Shown: positions 28,966 to 37,960 of the stretch, in pieces | How the letters are laid out: every line of letters begins with the position of its first letter | Numbering within the stretch: position 1 is the stretch's first letter | Assembly: GCA_944393415.1 (NCBI GenBank) | Contig: CALYAD010000055.1 | Span: 3,278 to 67,277 of the forward strand | Direction: 5' to 3' | Source of the DNA: an uncultured Clostridia bacterium | GTDB taxonomy: Bacteria > Bacillota > Clostridia > Oscillospirales > CAG-272 | DNA length: 64,000 bases | Position numbers and translations under genes: made by a program | Notes under the pieces: model-generated | Database searches by the model: none | What the model was told of the DNA's origin: nothing | The model's input: only the letters and a program-made list of their open reading frames with translations

Positions 28966-30402
28966 ATGCAGAACGACAGGGAAAAATATATTTCTCCTTT
29001 TTCGACAAGATATGCCTCAAGGGAAATGCAGTTTATTTTTTCGGAGACTTTTAAATTCAGGACCTGGAGACGTTTATGGATATCGCTTGCCAAAGCGGAA
29101 AAGGCTCTCGGGCTTGATATAACCGACGAACAGATAGCGGAGCTTGAGGCAAACGCCGAAAATATAAATTTTGATGTGGCCGAGGCTCGTGAAAAGGAAG
29201 TGCGCCACGATGTAATGAGTCATGTTTACGCGTACGGTAAACAATGTCCGAAAGCGGAGGCTATCATTCATCTCGGAGCGACATCCTGCTATGTCGGTGA
29301 CAATACCGATGTTGTAATATTGCGTGAGGCGTCTAATATCATACTGAAAAAATCAGCTCAGGTACTGAAAAATCTGTCTGAATTTGCTCTTAAATACAAG
29401 GATATGCCCTGTCTCGGTTATACTCATCTTCAGCCCGCGCAGCTTACGACGATAGGAAAACGCGCCACACTCTGGGCGTATGAGCTGGCGCAGGATATAG
29501 AGGAGCTTGAGTTCCGGCTGTCAAAGCTGAAGCTTCTCGGCTCAAAGGGAACGACCGGTACACAGGCAAGCTTTATGGAGCTTTTTAACGGCGATGAGGA
29601 AAAAATAAAAAAGATGGAGGAGCTCATCGCAGGCGATATGGGATTTGAAGGAGTGGTTCCCGTGTCAGGTCAGACATATTCAAGAAAGGTTGACGCCTAT
29701 TTTCTATCCGTAATGAGCGGTATCGCACAAAGCGCGCATAAGTTTGCCACTGATCTCAGATTGCTTCAGTCTTTTGAGGAAATGGAGGAGCCGTTTGAAA
29801 AAAATCAGATCGGATCTTCCGCCATGCCGTATAAACGAAATCCCATGCGTTCCGAACGTATCTGCGCGCTTGCAAGATATGTAATAGCGGACAGCCTCAA
29901 TCCTGCGTTCACATCGGCTACGCAGTGGATGGAAAGAACTCTGGACGACAGTGCCAACAAAAGAATATCTGTCGCTGAGGCGTTTCTTGCGGTTGACGCT
30001 ATTTTAAACATATATATCAATATCACGTCTGGAATGGTAGTATACCCAAAGGTAGTTGAAAAGAGAGTAATGGAAAAGCTGCCGTTCATGGCGACGGAGA
30101 ACATTATGATGCTTTCGGTAAAAAAAGGCGGAAACCGTCAGGAGCTTCACGAAAAGCTCAGAGTACATTCTCACGCGGCGGCATACAAGGTTAAAATGGA
30201 GGGAGGAAAAAATGATCTGATCGAACGCATTTGCTCAGATCCATCCTTCCCGTTGACGTATGAGGAAATACAGGAGGAGCTGAGCCCTCGGCGTTTTATC
30301 GGAAGATGTCCGTCTCAGGTCACGGAATTTGTTCAGAATGTAATAAATCCTCTCCTTGAAAAATATTACGTAGGAGATGTGTCGGAGGAAATCCGGGTAT
30401 AA
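28966..30402 (+). CDS. purB: Adenylosuccinate lyase
   Basis: 478 aa. YISPFSTRYASREMQFIFSE, GSSAMPYKRNP (signature) and a long-form C-terminus. Confidence 0.95.
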   Translation: MQNDREKYISPFSTRYASREMQFIFSETFKFRTWRRLWISLAKAEKALGLDITDEQIAELEANAENINFDVAEAREKEVRHDVMSHVYAYGKQCPKAEAIIHLGATSCYVGDNTDVVILREASNIILKKSAQVLKNLSEFALKYKDMPCLGYTHLQPAQLTTIGKRATLWAYELAQDIEELEFRLSKLKLLGSKGTTGTQASFMELFNGDEEKIKKMEELIAGDMGFEGVVPVSGQTYSRKVDAYFLSVMSGIAQSAHKFATDLRLLQSFEEMEEPFEKNQIGSSAMPYKRNPMRSERICALARYVIADSLNPAFTSATQWMERTLDDSANKRISVAEAFLAVDAILNIYINITSGMVVYPKVVEKRVMEKLPFMATENIMMLSVKKGGNRQELHEKLRVHSHAAAYKVKMEGGKNDLIERICSDPSFPLTYEEIQEELSPRRFIGRCPSQVTEFVQNVINPLLEKYYVGDVSEEIRV

Positions 30403-30494
30403 AAGTCAACGCTAATAGCTTATAAAAATAACTGTCTCTTCCGCGCCGCGGATAATAATGCTTGCTTTGGCATGAGAGAAAGGAACGGTCAATT

Positions 30495-32159
30495 ATGCTT
30501 ACAGATATTGAAATAGCTCAGTCCGTTAAACTTAAAAAGATAACCGATATCGCGGAAACCGCTGGGATTCCCGAGGAAGCGCTTGAGCTTTATGGAAATT
30601 ATAAGGCAAAGATAGACGTTAATAAGATCGGAAGCTCAGGTAAAAAAGGGAAGCTTGTACTTGTAACCGCCATAACTCCGACTCCGGCCGGAGAAGGTAA
30701 GACTACGACTACCATAGGACTTGCCGACGGACTCAGGAGGATAGGTAAAAACACGGTTGTTGCCCTTCGGGAGCCGTCGCTGGGACCGGTATTCGGGATC
30801 AAAGGCGGAGCAGCGGGCGGCGGATATGCCCAGGTAGTACCGATGGAGGATATAAACCTTCATTTTACCGGTGATTTTCACGCGATAGGAGCGGCGAACA
30901 ATCTGCTGGCGGCCATGCTGGATAATCATATATATCAGGGCAATGCCCTTAATATTGATCCTCGGAGGATAGTATGGAAGCGCTGTGTCGATATGAACGA
31001 CAGACAACTCCGTTTTATCACCGACGGGCTTGGGGGAAGAGTAAACGGTGTACCGCGTGAGGACGGATATGATATTACGGTCGCTTCCGAAATAATGGCG
31101 GTACTGTGTCTTTCGGGCTCTGTTTCCGATCTTAAGGAGCGGCTCGGCCGCGTGATCGTAGCGTATACCTTTGATGAGAAGCCTGTCACGGCTAAGGACC
31201 TGAGGGCAAACGGCGCCATGGCGGCGCTGCTTAAGGACGCGATAAAGCCTAATCTTGTTCAGACGCTTGAGGGTACGCCAGCAATAATACATGGAGGTCC
31301 CTTCGCAAATATAGCTCACGGATGTAATTCGGTTATAGCTACCCGCACTGCTATGGCGCTCAGTGACTATGCCGTAACGGAAGCCGGCTTCGGCGCCGAT
31401 CTCGGGGCAGAAAAATTTTTTGATATAAAATGCCGGGTTTCGGGTCTTAAGCCGGACGCCGTGGTGATTGTCGCAACCGTCAGGGCTCTGAAAATGCACG
31501 GAGGTCTGTCTAAAAACGAGCTTTCACACGAAAATCTTGAGGCGCTTGAAAAGGGTATTCCCAATCTGCTTCGGCATGTTTCAAATATAAAGAACGTATT
31601 TGGTCTTCCGTCTGTCGTAGCGGTCAACCGTTTTCCGACCGATACCGATAAGGAGCTTGAAATGATAATCGAAAAATGCCGCGCGCTCGGAGTCAACGTA
31701 TGTCTGTCCGAGGTCTGGAGCAAGGGCGGAGAAGGCGGTACGGAGCTTGCGCGTGAGGTTGTGCGTCTGTGCGATACGGAAAACGATTTTAAATTATGCT
31801 ATCCGGATAGCGCGTCTATTGAAGAGAAGATCGAAGCGGTTGTAAAAAGGGTCTACGGCGGAGACGGTGTCGTATATCTTCCCTCAGCAAAAAAGCAGCT
31901 TGAGCAATTGAAGGAGCTTGGCTTCGGCTATATGCCTGTCTGCATGGCTAAAACACAGTACAGCTTTTCCGATGATCCCGCAAAGCTATGCGCTCCCAAA
32001 GGTTTCACGGTAACCGTAAAGAATATAAGGGTAAGTGCCGGAGCCGGTTTTGTGGTTGCGCTTACCGGAGATATCATGACTATGCCGGGACTTCCGAAGG
32101 TACCTGCCGCGGAGCGGATCGACGTCGATGAAAACGGTAAAATAAGCGGACTTTTCTGA
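30495..32159 (+). CDS. fhs: Formate-tetrahydrofolate ligase
   Basis: [47 protein letters not shown] pattern. The start was set at ATG 30495 behind GAAAGGA. Confidence 0.95.
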   Translation: MLTDIEIAQSVKLKKITDIAETAGIPEEALELYGNYKAKIDVNKIGSSGKKGKLVLVTAITPTPAGEGKTTTTIGLADGLRRIGKNTVVALREPSLGPVFGIKGGAAGGGYAQVVPMEDINLHFTGDFHAIGAANNLLAAMLDNHIYQGNALNIDPRRIVWKRCVDMNDRQLRFITDGLGGRVNGVPREDGYDITVASEIMAVLCLSGSVSDLKERLGRVIVAYTFDEKPVTAKDLRANGAMAALLKDAIKPNLVQTLEGTPAIIHGGPFANIAHGCNSVIATRTAMALSDYAVTEAGFGADLGAEKFFDIKCRVSGLKPDAVVIVATVRALKMHGGLSKNELSHENLEALEKGIPNLLRHVSNIKNVFGLPSVVAVNRFPTDTDKELEMIIEKCRALGVNVCLSEVWSKGGEGGTELAREVVRLCDTENDFKLCYPDSASIEEKIEAVVKRVYGGDGVVYLPSAKKQLEQLKELGFGYMPVCMAKTQYSFSDDPAKLCAPKGFTVTVKNIRVSAGAGFVVALTGDIMTMPGLPKVPAAERIDVDENGKISGLF

Positions 32160-32220
32160 GATAATGATATTGCTTCGTTTTTTCATCATATATCAGTATC
32201 ATAAAAATTTTTGAAGGGTT

Positions 32221-32253
32221 CAAGGGAAACTTTTTTAAAAAAGGTTTCCCTTG
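32221..32253. terminator. 33-nt near-perfect palindrome downstream of fhs (terminator-like)
   Basis: The sequence is CAAGGGAAACTTTTTT/AAAAAAGGTTTCCCTTG. The downstream T-run is weak. Confidence 0.45.
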
Positions 32254-32645
32254 AGTCTTTTCCGGAGTAAAATAAAGCTTTTGACTCAGCGCATTTTCTC
32301 TTAAGTCCGTCAATATTCCTAATTTTAAGTTCTGTATTGCAGGCATAAACTATTAAAACGACAAAAGTTGTTTTGTTCATAATTTATCTCTTTCTTTTTT
32401 TTACAAAGAGGATATAATGTTCATTACGTTTCTTTATTAATATATACGGACGGTACATATTCTATAAAATGAATCGCAGCCCCACCGTATGATATAAATA
32501 GAACGAATCTGTTGATAGGCGCTTCAGCCGGAAAGGAGTATTTCAGTTAAGCGTATTAAACGACTGTATAAGGACCAAAGGACTGAAACGTCTAAAAATC
32601 TATTTATATCTGTTTTAGCCGCCAAAGGCGGCGTGAGGTATTACT

Positions 32646-34025
32646 ATGGTTCGTGATATGACGAGCGGAAATCCGCTCAGACTTATAACCACTTTTTCCA
32701 TTCCTCTCATTATCGGCAACGTTTTTCAGCAGATGTACAACATGGTTGACACGATAATAGTCGGTCATTATCTCGGAAACGCAGCGCTTGCGGCGGTAGG
32801 CGCTACCGGGTCTATAACATTTCTTATAATAGGTTTTATCAACGGAGTGGCCGAAGGCTCGTGTATACTTGTGGCACAGTATTTCGGCAGCGGGGACAAA
32901 AAAAATCTGAAACGGTGCGTGGGTAATATTATATACGTATCATTATTTCTGGTCGCCGTAATGACGGTGTTGGCGCTTTGTATCAACGAGCCTCTCTTAA
33001 AGCTTATGCAGACACCGGATGACATAATCGAAGGGTCAATAGAATACCTTGAGGTCATATATGCTGGAATGTTCGCAACGATGCTTTATAACGTTCTTGC
33101 CGGACTGCTGCGCGCACTCGGCGACAGCCGTTCACCGTTATATTTCCTGCTGATTGCCTCAGTGCTCAATGTTGTGCTTGATATCTTTTTCATCGTTGAA
33201 CTGAATTCGGGGATCGCAGGCGCGGCGTATGCGACTGTTATATCACAGCTCGTTTCCGCGATTTGCTGCTTTGTGTACATAATGAAAAAGTGCGAGCTGC
33301 TTCGCATAGGTCGCGATGATATACGTTTTAGGCCGTATCTGATAGGCAGGATATGTTTGATGGGAATACCAATGGCTCTGCAGTATTCAGTGACCGCGGT
33401 TGGAAGCGTTATACTGCAGAGCGCGGTCAATCCTCTCGGAAGCGACGCGGTCGCGGCCATGTCCGTGGGCTCTAAGATTCTTAATGTATCGTGGGCGATA
33501 ATAAATTCTATCGGTCTTGCCATTGCGAATTTCTGTGGTCAGAATATCGGCGCCGGGAGGCTTGACAGGGTACGTAACGGAATACGTTCCGGAAGTGTGA
33601 TAGTCGGAATCGTTACCGTTATATTTATGTTCGTTCTGTTCTTTTTCGGCGTCAACATATCGATACTGTTTCTTGAGGAAGGGAGCTCGGACGAGGTGCC
33701 GCAGCTTATAGATCGCTTCATGAAGATTCAGGCTCCTCTTTTGCCCGCTCTTTCTCTTATCGGGATCTTCCGCAACACCATTCAGGGAATGGGATATAGC
33801 CTGCAGGCAATGGCGGCGGGACTGTTTGAGCTTGTGGGACGCTCGGTGATCGCGCTGCTGCTCGTTGGTAAATTCGGGTATGACGCTGTGTGCGTAGCGA
33901 GTCCGGTAGCATGGATACTGGCGGATGTACTGCTTGTTCCGCTGTATTTCTGGGTAATACACAGGATAAAAAAGCTACACCCGCAGTGGCTGCTTCCGCC
34001 GGAAAAAAGAACGGCCGCAGGCTGA
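32646..34025 (+). CDS. MATE-family efflux transporter
   Basis: 459 aa. LRLITTFSIPLIIGNVFQQMYNMVDTIIVGHYLG and a 12-TM pattern. Confidence 0.85.
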   Translation: MVRDMTSGNPLRLITTFSIPLIIGNVFQQMYNMVDTIIVGHYLGNAALAAVGATGSITFLIIGFINGVAEGSCILVAQYFGSGDKKNLKRCVGNIIYVSLFLVAVMTVLALCINEPLLKLMQTPDDIIEGSIEYLEVIYAGMFATMLYNVLAGLLRALGDSRSPLYFLLIASVLNVVLDIFFIVELNSGIAGAAYATVISQLVSAICCFVYIMKKCELLRIGRDDIRFRPYLIGRICLMGIPMALQYSVTAVGSVILQSAVNPLGSDAVAAMSVGSKILNVSWAIINSIGLAIANFCGQNIGAGRLDRVRNGIRSGSVIVGIVTVIFMFVLFFFGVNISILFLEEGSSDEVPQLIDRFMKIQAPLLPALSLIGIFRNTIQGMGYSLQAMAAGLFELVGRSVIALLLVGKFGYDAVCVASPVAWILADVLLVPLYFWVIHRIKKLHPQWLLPPEKRTAAG

Positions 34026-34160
34026 ATATTGTATATTACTTTTTCCCGGCAAAACAGGGCTGAGACAACAGTACTTCAGATAAGGAAAACCTTTTAAACC
34101 CTTCAAAAGAAGAATATTTTGAAAGATTAAAAAAGTTCTTCCCATAGTAAAAAACAACAA

Positions 34161-34201
34161 AAACCAAGATCAATCAAATGATTTGATCTTGGTTTTGTTT
34201 T
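34161..34201. terminator. Bidirectional intrinsic terminator
   Basis: AAACCAAGATCAA-(loop)-TTGATCTTGGTTT has A-runs on its 5' side and T-runs on its 3' side. It lies between convergent genes. Confidence 0.7.
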
Positions 34202-34253
34202 GCTTATACAAGCCGCTTCATAGTCTGTAAGAAGGCAGGACAGACGTATAATC

Positions 34254-34838
34254 CTATATATCCGTTTCTATAAAATGAATATCAGAATTATTCCAGTATT
34301 TATTATAAACCCTATCTTCTTGACCGTCAAGGTTTAATTGATACATACGGAAAGTAACCGGTATGTTTTTTGGCTGCCATTGCTCTTCGTATGAATATCT
34401 GTATTTCATACCTAATTTTTTCATTACATTACCGCTTCTTGGATTATTTATATCATGTGTAGCAGTAATATATGGAAATCCATCTTTTTTCAGCTGCTCA
34501 ATAACCGCCCTGCCGGCTTCTGTAATAATCCCCTGATGCCAAAACTCTTTGCGTAATCCGTAACCAAAATCATAACCATCCTCTGTACTTACATTGACAT
34601 ATCCTATAGGGAGATTATCTTTTAAGCAAACTGCGTAAATATACGCGTTTCCTTGGTCGTATTTACTTACAAATTGGTTTTCATAAAAAAGTATTGCTTC
34701 TTTCATTGTTTTTATGGGAAACCACGGTAAGAAAGTATTGACTTCTTTATCGCTAAAAATTTCATAGACCGCTTTCATATCGTCTATAGTAAATTTTCTT
34801 AAAATAAGTCTTTCGGTCTCAAGGCTCGGGATATTCAT
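34254..34838 (-). CDS. GNAT-family N-acetyltransferase (RimJ/RimL-like)
   Basis: MNIPSLETERLILRKFTIDDMKAVYEIFSD. The start is the second ATG of the conserved leader. Confidence 0.85.
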   Translation of the reverse strand: MNIPSLETERLILRKFTIDDMKAVYEIFSDKEVNTFLPWFPIKTMKEAILFYENQFVSKYDQGNAYIYAVCLKDNLPIGYVNVSTEDGYDFGYGLRKEFWHQGIITEAGRAVIEQLKKDGFPYITATHDINNPRSGNVMKKLGMKYRYSYEEQWQPKNIPVTFRMYQLNLDGQEDRVYNKYWNNSDIHFIETDI

Positions 34839-34967
34839 TTTTATGACCATTCCTTTCTTACGCTAAATCAGCGTTTTGTGCGGTCATCCCTTGGCAAATC
34901 GACACCGTTCTTTTGGTGCCGATGAAGTCACGCTTTGACGCCGCAGACTTACGCGATTAAATAACCA
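34839..34967 (-). promoter_or_regulatory. Full-length type-1 leader module (copy A), filling the whole GH116-GNAT spacer
   Basis: RNA sense reads AAUCGCGUAAGUCUGCGGCGUCAAAGCGUGACUUCAUCGGCACCAAAAGAACGGUGUCGAUUUGCCAAGGGAUGACCGCACAAAACGCUGAUUUAGCGUAAGAAAGGAAUGGUCAUAAAAAUG. Confidence 0.65.
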
Positions 34968-37505
34968 TTATATTATTATCTCTATACCGTCGCGTATACT
35001 TTTTTCGGCAAATATGATATCTCCGTTAAATAACTTGAAATCATATCTTTTTCCATCGATACGCAACTCTTTTATATCGGAAATGAACGGAAGCTTCAGC
35101 GTATGCAGATTCAAGGTACCGCATAGAATGTTTATTTTCACGCTTTTATCTGTTATTATAACATTTCCCCAGCCGGTACCGATACTCCATATACACCGGT
35201 ATTCCCCGGCTTTTGTCAATGGAGAAAAACCAATGGTCTTACGCGGAAGATCAAAATAAAAACCGCTGAAAATCGGTATAAGCGCAAAGCTGGCCATTGA
35301 ACGGGCATAGTTACTTCCGCATTCTATTTCATTGTAGGGATTGCGGTTTTGTCCGTTATATCTGTTTCTCACGGCACGTACAATATCAACGCCCTCATTT
35401 ATTTTTCCTTCGCTTATAAGAAGTCCGGCGAGCTGATATTCAAAGCCGTTCATGCTTTCCTCACAGTATGGAATAGGGATGGATGGTTTGCGCACGCCTT
35501 CGGGATAATCACAGATTATAGCGGCGGACTCGTCGTTCAGAGCGAATATACGCCATGGATTTGAAAATTCGCGCACCGAGGACTTGAAATTATTTTTGTA
35601 CAGGCAGTCGAGTGCAATTTCGGTCTGTTTTTTATCAAATATTCTTCCCAGTCCGCATATATTCGCATGCCACTGACCGCATAGCTGGTCAATTTCACAG
35701 CCCTCTCCTATCTGATATTTTATTTCCCCGCTTTCGCTGTTCCAGTAAACGTCAGAGCAATCGAAGCGGTCAGTCAGAGCCTTGTCTGTAAGATTTATCT
35801 TCTGTATAAAATATTTGCCGTTGAAAAGGTTGTCACGGCACCATGCGTAGCCTTTTTCATATATCGACTCGTATTCTTCGCGGGCTTCGGTGTCGCCGAG
35901 ATATTCCGCCATTAACGCCGCCGCTCTTAAAGCGGCGAAATAGAAGCCCTGAAGCCATGAGGAGGGTCCGAAAAGCTCCATGTCGAGCGTATGATGCTGT
36001 CTGCCTTCAAGTACTCCGTCGCGGTCGCGATCCCAAGCGTCCTTGTTATCATCGCTCCAGGCGAAGGCGAGCATCCTTTTAACCTTATCCCAGATTTCCG
36101 AAAGCCAGACATCGTCTCCTGAGAGCTTCCATTCTCGATAAATTTTAATTATAGTACCCATATGTCCGTCGACACAGGAACGGTAAAAGCCTTTTGGTCT
36201 GCCGAGCGGAAGCTTTACACGGAAATCCGTACCGCCATACTCGTCAAGGGCGTAATTTAACTCAACGTTTCGCATCGAGCGTTCAAGCTCCGGAAACAGA
36301 AAGCATAGCGCATAAGCGTAATTCCAGACATGCTGACAGCTTCCTTCGCACGAGCCTTCCAGCTCATGCACGCCCTCCCAGCCGTAAAACTCACCGTTTT
36401 CCAGTCTCCATACGGTAGGGGATTTAAGAACGGACAGGGTAGAGGAGACAGCGTCCAAAACCGCACTGTCAAGAGTTGACGCAAAAAGCTCGTTTTTGAA
36501 CAGCAGCGTCCGATTATATAAATCATCCCAATGCCTAAGGGAGTATTCGGCACTGTCAAAAGAGCTTGCGAAGCGTTTGACGTAATAGTTTTTCCAGATG
36601 ACATCCTTACCGTTTTCATCCTTTAATGGCGACCAGTAATTATAATTATTCGGATAGTTCCATGAGATTACTAAACGGACATTTTCTTTTGAGCCGCTTT
36701 CGGCCCTGAGCCTTTTATAAACCGAGCAGGTATCGTTTTTGCCGGGAGAGTCGTAATGTCGGTCTGTAAATCCGGCGTCTGACGATAATTCGTTCCGAAA
36801 CATTACAACAGTATCCTGCCAGCCTCCTCGATACCAGTACTCCTGAGTGCCCGCATTGTCCCCGAGGGTTGCGATCGTGAGGTCACCGTATCCGATTTCG
36901 TCAGCGTCGGTTACCGCCGCGTTTATCAGCTTTACCGCTTTAATATCGCCTGAGCTGACGTCACAGTTTTCAGAGCTTTCAAAAGGATTGCATACGGATA
37001 GCACGGCGGTATAAGCAATATCGTTATCGGTGTCATTTATAAACTCAATATTAAAAAACGCCGCAGGAATACCGGAATTTTCGGCGTCAAGCGGGATGAA
37101 AGGGTTGAATGCCGTAAGCACTATCTTTCCGGGGAAATTATCGTCTGAAAAAGTGAGTTTTGCGATAGGAAATTCACCTTCAAAAATGACATTTTTGAAG
37201 TGCGGAAATCCGCACATCGTCATTGAGGAGGGACCAAAACCGTATCCGGTAAAATTTCTTTTAGAGTACTGACCCACAAAATCCTTGGTAAGATCGCCGT
37301 TCAGAACTTTTATGTATTTCTTTCCCTTTGTTTCAGCTTTCACCGAAATATGCGAATAACCGTTTATACTGCCCTTGTTAGGGCGATTGAAGATTTCCCA
37401 GTCGCATAAGCGTCCGTTGCCGGCAATACCGATACATCCGGTGCCTATCCCTCCGAGCGGAAAGGAAATTTCCCTTAAGCTTTCACCTGTGTATATCACT
37501 TGCAT
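34968..37505 (-). CDS. GH116-family beta-glucosidase (GBA2 type), no signal peptide
   Basis: MQVIYTGESLREISFPLGGIGTGCIGIAGNGRLCDWEIFNRPNKGS is the GH116 N-domain pattern. The start was set at ATG 37505 behind GGGAGG; the ORF-track extension covers the promoter. Confidence 0.85.
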   Translation of the reverse strand: MQVIYTGESLREISFPLGGIGTGCIGIAGNGRLCDWEIFNRPNKGSINGYSHISVKAETKGKKYIKVLNGDLTKDFVGQYSKRNFTGYGFGPSSMTMCGFPHFKNVIFEGEFPIAKLTFSDDNFPGKIVLTAFNPFIPLDAENSGIPAAFFNIEFINDTDNDIAYTAVLSVCNPFESSENCDVSSGDIKAVKLINAAVTDADEIGYGDLTIATLGDNAGTQEYWYRGGWQDTVVMFRNELSSDAGFTDRHYDSPGKNDTCSVYKRLRAESGSKENVRLVISWNYPNNYNYWSPLKDENGKDVIWKNYYVKRFASSFDSAEYSLRHWDDLYNRTLLFKNELFASTLDSAVLDAVSSTLSVLKSPTVWRLENGEFYGWEGVHELEGSCEGSCQHVWNYAYALCFLFPELERSMRNVELNYALDEYGGTDFRVKLPLGRPKGFYRSCVDGHMGTIIKIYREWKLSGDDVWLSEIWDKVKRMLAFAWSDDNKDAWDRDRDGVLEGRQHHTLDMELFGPSSWLQGFYFAALRAAALMAEYLGDTEAREEYESIYEKGYAWCRDNLFNGKYFIQKINLTDKALTDRFDCSDVYWNSESGEIKYQIGEGCEIDQLCGQWHANICGLGRIFDKKQTEIALDCLYKNNFKSSVREFSNPWRIFALNDESAAIICDYPEGVRKPSIPIPYCEESMNGFEYQLAGLLISEGKINEGVDIVRAVRNRYNGQNRNPYNEIECGSNYARSMASFALIPIFSGFYFDLPRKTIGFSPLTKAGEYRCIWSIGTGWGNVIITDKSVKINILCGTLNLHTLKLPFISDIKELRIDGKRYDFKLFNGDIIFAEKSIRDGIEIII

Positions 37506-37527
37506 ATCCTCCCTTGTTTTTATCTGG

Positions 37528-37556
37528 ATTATATCATACGTTTTTATTTTTGTCAA
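37528..37556 (-). promoter_or_regulatory. Consensus sigma-A promoter for the GH116 gene
   Basis: Minus-strand TTGACA (37556-37551), a 17-nt spacer, then TATAAT (37533-37528). Confidence 0.7.
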
Positions 37557-37640
37557 TATAAACAGATATAATTTTCGGCGGGCAGAAATAGGCAGTTATA
37601 TAAGAATAAACAGCATGGTTTAATATCTAAGAAAAGCATA

Positions 37641-37670
37641 AGAAAAGCGCCTGCGTTCGCAAGCGCTTTT
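37641..37670 (-). terminator. Terminator following tRNA-Val
   Basis: The hairpin GCGCCTGCG-TT-CGCAAGCGC has a run of T on the minus strand. Confidence 0.55.
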
Positions 37671-37747
37671 TGGTGGGGACAACTGGGATCGAACCAGTGA
37701 CCTCATGCATGTCAAGCATGCACTCTAACCAGCTGAGCTATGCCCCC
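37671..37747 (-). tRNA. tRNA-Val (anticodon GAC), CCA encoded
   Basis: The reverse complement is GGGGGCATAGCTCAGCTGGTTAGAGTGCATGCTTGACATGCATGAGGTCACTGGTTCGATCCCAGTTGTCCCCACCA. This 77-nt cloverleaf was folded by hand; the anticodon loop is TTGACAT. Confidence 0.9.
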
Positions 37748-37793
37748 ATAGCTGTAATATTATATCATACTTTGAATTAAAAATCAATATGTA

Positions 37794-37830
37794 ATATTGT
37801 ACAAATTATTTTTTATTTTTTGTACAATAT
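37794..37830. promoter_or_regulatory. Twin TTGTACAA palindromes (operator-like)
   Basis: ATATTGTACAAA (37794-37805) and TTTGTACAATAT (37819-37830) form a perfect 12-bp inverted repeat. The palindrome centres are 23 bp apart. The repeat ends 6 bp upstream of a -35 box. Confidence 0.5.
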
Positions 37831-37835
37831 GCAAA

Positions 37836-37864
37836 TTGATTTAACAAAAAAGACTCTGTATAAT
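37836..37864 (+). promoter_or_regulatory. Sigma-A-type promoter of the heparinase-like gene
   Basis: TTGATT (37836-37841), a 17-nt spacer, then TATAAT (37859-37864). Confidence 0.6.
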
Positions 37865-37960
37865 GTAGTAAACCTAAATTGTCATAAATAAACGGTTATG
37901 GTAAATTCGGGTGAAAAACGCACAAACTATATTTGGCGTAAGAAAGGGATGGTCATAAAA

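Noticed and set aside
30403-30494. A ZTP (pfl-motif) riboswitch upstream of fhs, which is a common location for it.
   Set aside because: The spacer is only 92 nt. It lacks the GGGUCGUGACUGGCG and CCGCCUGGGC blocks.
30636-31499. Long antisense or alternative-frame ORFs inside well-identified genes. Examples: 30636-31499 (-) in fhs, 9092-9820 (+) in the GH99-like gene, 33387-33962 (-) in the MATE gene, 28375-28872 (-) in cysK, 20596-21165 (+) and 41915-42424 (+).
   Set aside because: These are shadow ORFs. They have no SD, their composition is Arg/Ser/Pro-rich, and they lie entirely within genes that have strong family signatures on the other strand.
32210-32232. The 12-nt match TTTTGAAGGGTT at 32210 (+) and 34083-34110 (-), which would make inverted repeats flanking the MATE gene.
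   Set aside because: Exact 12-mers are expected by chance hundreds of times in all-against-all comparison of 64 kb. There is no target-site duplication and no mobility gene.
32186-32380. A 64-aa minus-strand ORF starting MNKTTFVVLIVYAC, which resembles a lipoprotein signal.
   Set aside because: The SD is poor. The C-terminal third is encoded by the 33-nt palindrome at 32221-32253, so the reading frame is most likely an artefact of the hairpin.
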